Positions 59,675-60,341 of a stretch of DNA of 60,341 nucleotides are shown here, piece by piece; the first letter of the stretch is position 1, and every line of letters starts with the position of its first letter. Source of the DNA: a virus; IMG/VR virus record IMGVR_UViG_3300029256_000003, one strand, 5' to 3'. A program made the translations under genes and the position numbers. Under the pieces are notes generated by a model. The model worked only from the letters and a program-made list of their open reading frames with translations, was not told where the DNA came from and did not search any database.

Positions 59675-59785
59675 AATTATTAGGAAATCGCAAATAGACA
59701 TTCATTTATTAATTAACCCAATGCCGACACCCCAGGATGTCGTAGGGTGCGAGTCCCTTATTTGAGTTTTACATGTTCTATACTA

Positions 59786-59826
59786 TCCTAGTGTCCGTTG
59801 GTTCGGTATCTAGGAACATTTTTTTT
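59786..59826 (+). terminator. Rho-independent terminator
   Basis: TCCTAG..CCG-ttggtt-CGG..CTAGGA, followed by T8 after 3 nt. Confidence 0.7.
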
Positions 59827-59907
59827 GAATTAAACTTTTCGGAGGCGTCGGTTCGTGAGGATAGGCGCTTTATTTTATTTGATTAACCACTTTAATAATA
59901 TATAATC

Positions 59908-60341
59908 ATGTCAGAAACAATAACAGGATTTAAGGGATTTGATAAAGACCTTAAGTGTAGAGACTACCAATATGAGGTAGGGAAGAAGTTCGAGGAAGAA
60001 GGAAAGATTGAAGCTTGCTCAAAGGGTTTTCATTTTTGTGAAAATCCTTTAGATGTATTAGGGTATTACCCACCATATGGCGAAAAAGGATCGAACAGGT
60101 ATTGTATAGTGAAAGGAAGCGGTAATATTGATAGGGATGGTGATGATACCAAAGTAGCTTGTTCCAAACTATATATTTCAGCAGAAATAGGACTAAAGGG
60201 AATAATAGAAGCAGGAGTAAAATTTATCTTAGACAAAGTAAATTGGAAAGATAATAAGAAATCTAACACCGGATACCAATCAGCAGCGACGAACACCGGA
60301 AACCGATCAGCAGCAACGAACACCGGATACCAATCAGCAGC
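59908..60341 (+). CDS. Nonapeptide-repeat protein, N-terminal part (continues at 1..794)
   Basis: ATG at 59908. MSETITGFKGFDKDLKCRDYQYEVGKKFEEEGKIEACSKGFHFCENPLDVLGYYPPYGEKGSNRYCIVKGSGNIDRDGDDTKVACSKLYISAEIGLKG... then runs into TNTGYQSAATNTGNR repeats at the window edge. Confidence 0.8.
   Translation, partial: MSETITGFKGFDKDLKCRDYQYEVGKKFEEEGKIEACSKGFHFCENPLDVLGYYPPYGEKGSNRYCIVKGSGNIDRDGDDTKVACSKLYISAEIGLKGIIEAGVKFILDKVNWKDNKKSNTGYQSAATNTGNRSAATNTGYQSA

Noticed and set aside
59735-59768. tRNA 3'-half-like segment: stem CGACA/TGTCG with an 8-nt loop, then AGGG-TGCGAGT-CCCT.
   Set aside because: No complementary 5' acceptor strand or D-arm lies upstream. It may be part of a leader or ncRNA ending at the 59786-59826 terminator, but I cannot support a tRNA call.

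Overview
The window is a complete, circularly closed genome of a temperate siphovirus-like phage. About 60,277 bp are unique; nt 1-64 are identical to nt 60278-60341. The host is inferred to be Bacteroidota from many TAnnTTTG -7 promoter boxes, a DUF3127-type SSB, and an attP core carrying the 3' half of a tRNA-Gly(CCC).

Gene order starting at attP/int:
- Tyrosine integrase.
- LexA/S24-type CI repressor with palindromic operators.
- Early genes and an unusually RNA-rich, ORF-poor stretch containing tRNA-like elements.
- A nonapeptide-repeat gene that spans the contig junction.
- Recombination module: Sak4-like ATPase, PD-(D/E)XK nuclease, SSB, HNH, RusA.
- Replication module: SF2 helicase, DnaD/O-like protein, DnaC-like loader.
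- DNA-modification cluster: Dcm, PAPS-reductase-like protein, Dam-like MTase, HsdM-like N6 MTase.
- Small serine recombinase and a MutS-domain-I-only protein.
- TerS, then TerL interrupted by an intein.
- Portal, HK97-type protease and capsid, head-tail and tail genes.
- A 6.7 kb accessory island: three antirepressor-like genes, a lipoprotein, hicAB, and small basic ORFs.
- Tape measure, tail tip and fibres, with a holin/M15 endolysin cassette embedded among them.
- A module of unknown function, then a second hicAB.

Most noteworthy observations:
1. About 1 kb of two same-strand overlapping open frames inside the dcm gene. Neither frame alone encodes a complete enzyme, and a -1 slippery heptamer sits where the frames would need to rejoin.
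2. A family of tRNA-like non-coding elements, each preceded by a hairpin. Three hairpins share a conserved loop sequence and have covarying stems, and a related box sits just downstream of the three late promoters.
3. A class-3-type intein (Ala1, W/C/T signature) with a LAGLIDADG endonuclease, inserted in the TerL P-loop.
4. A mixed-orientation cassette in the immunity region, bracketed by duplicated promoter/operator copies.

All functional calls come from motif recognition by eye; no database search was possible.
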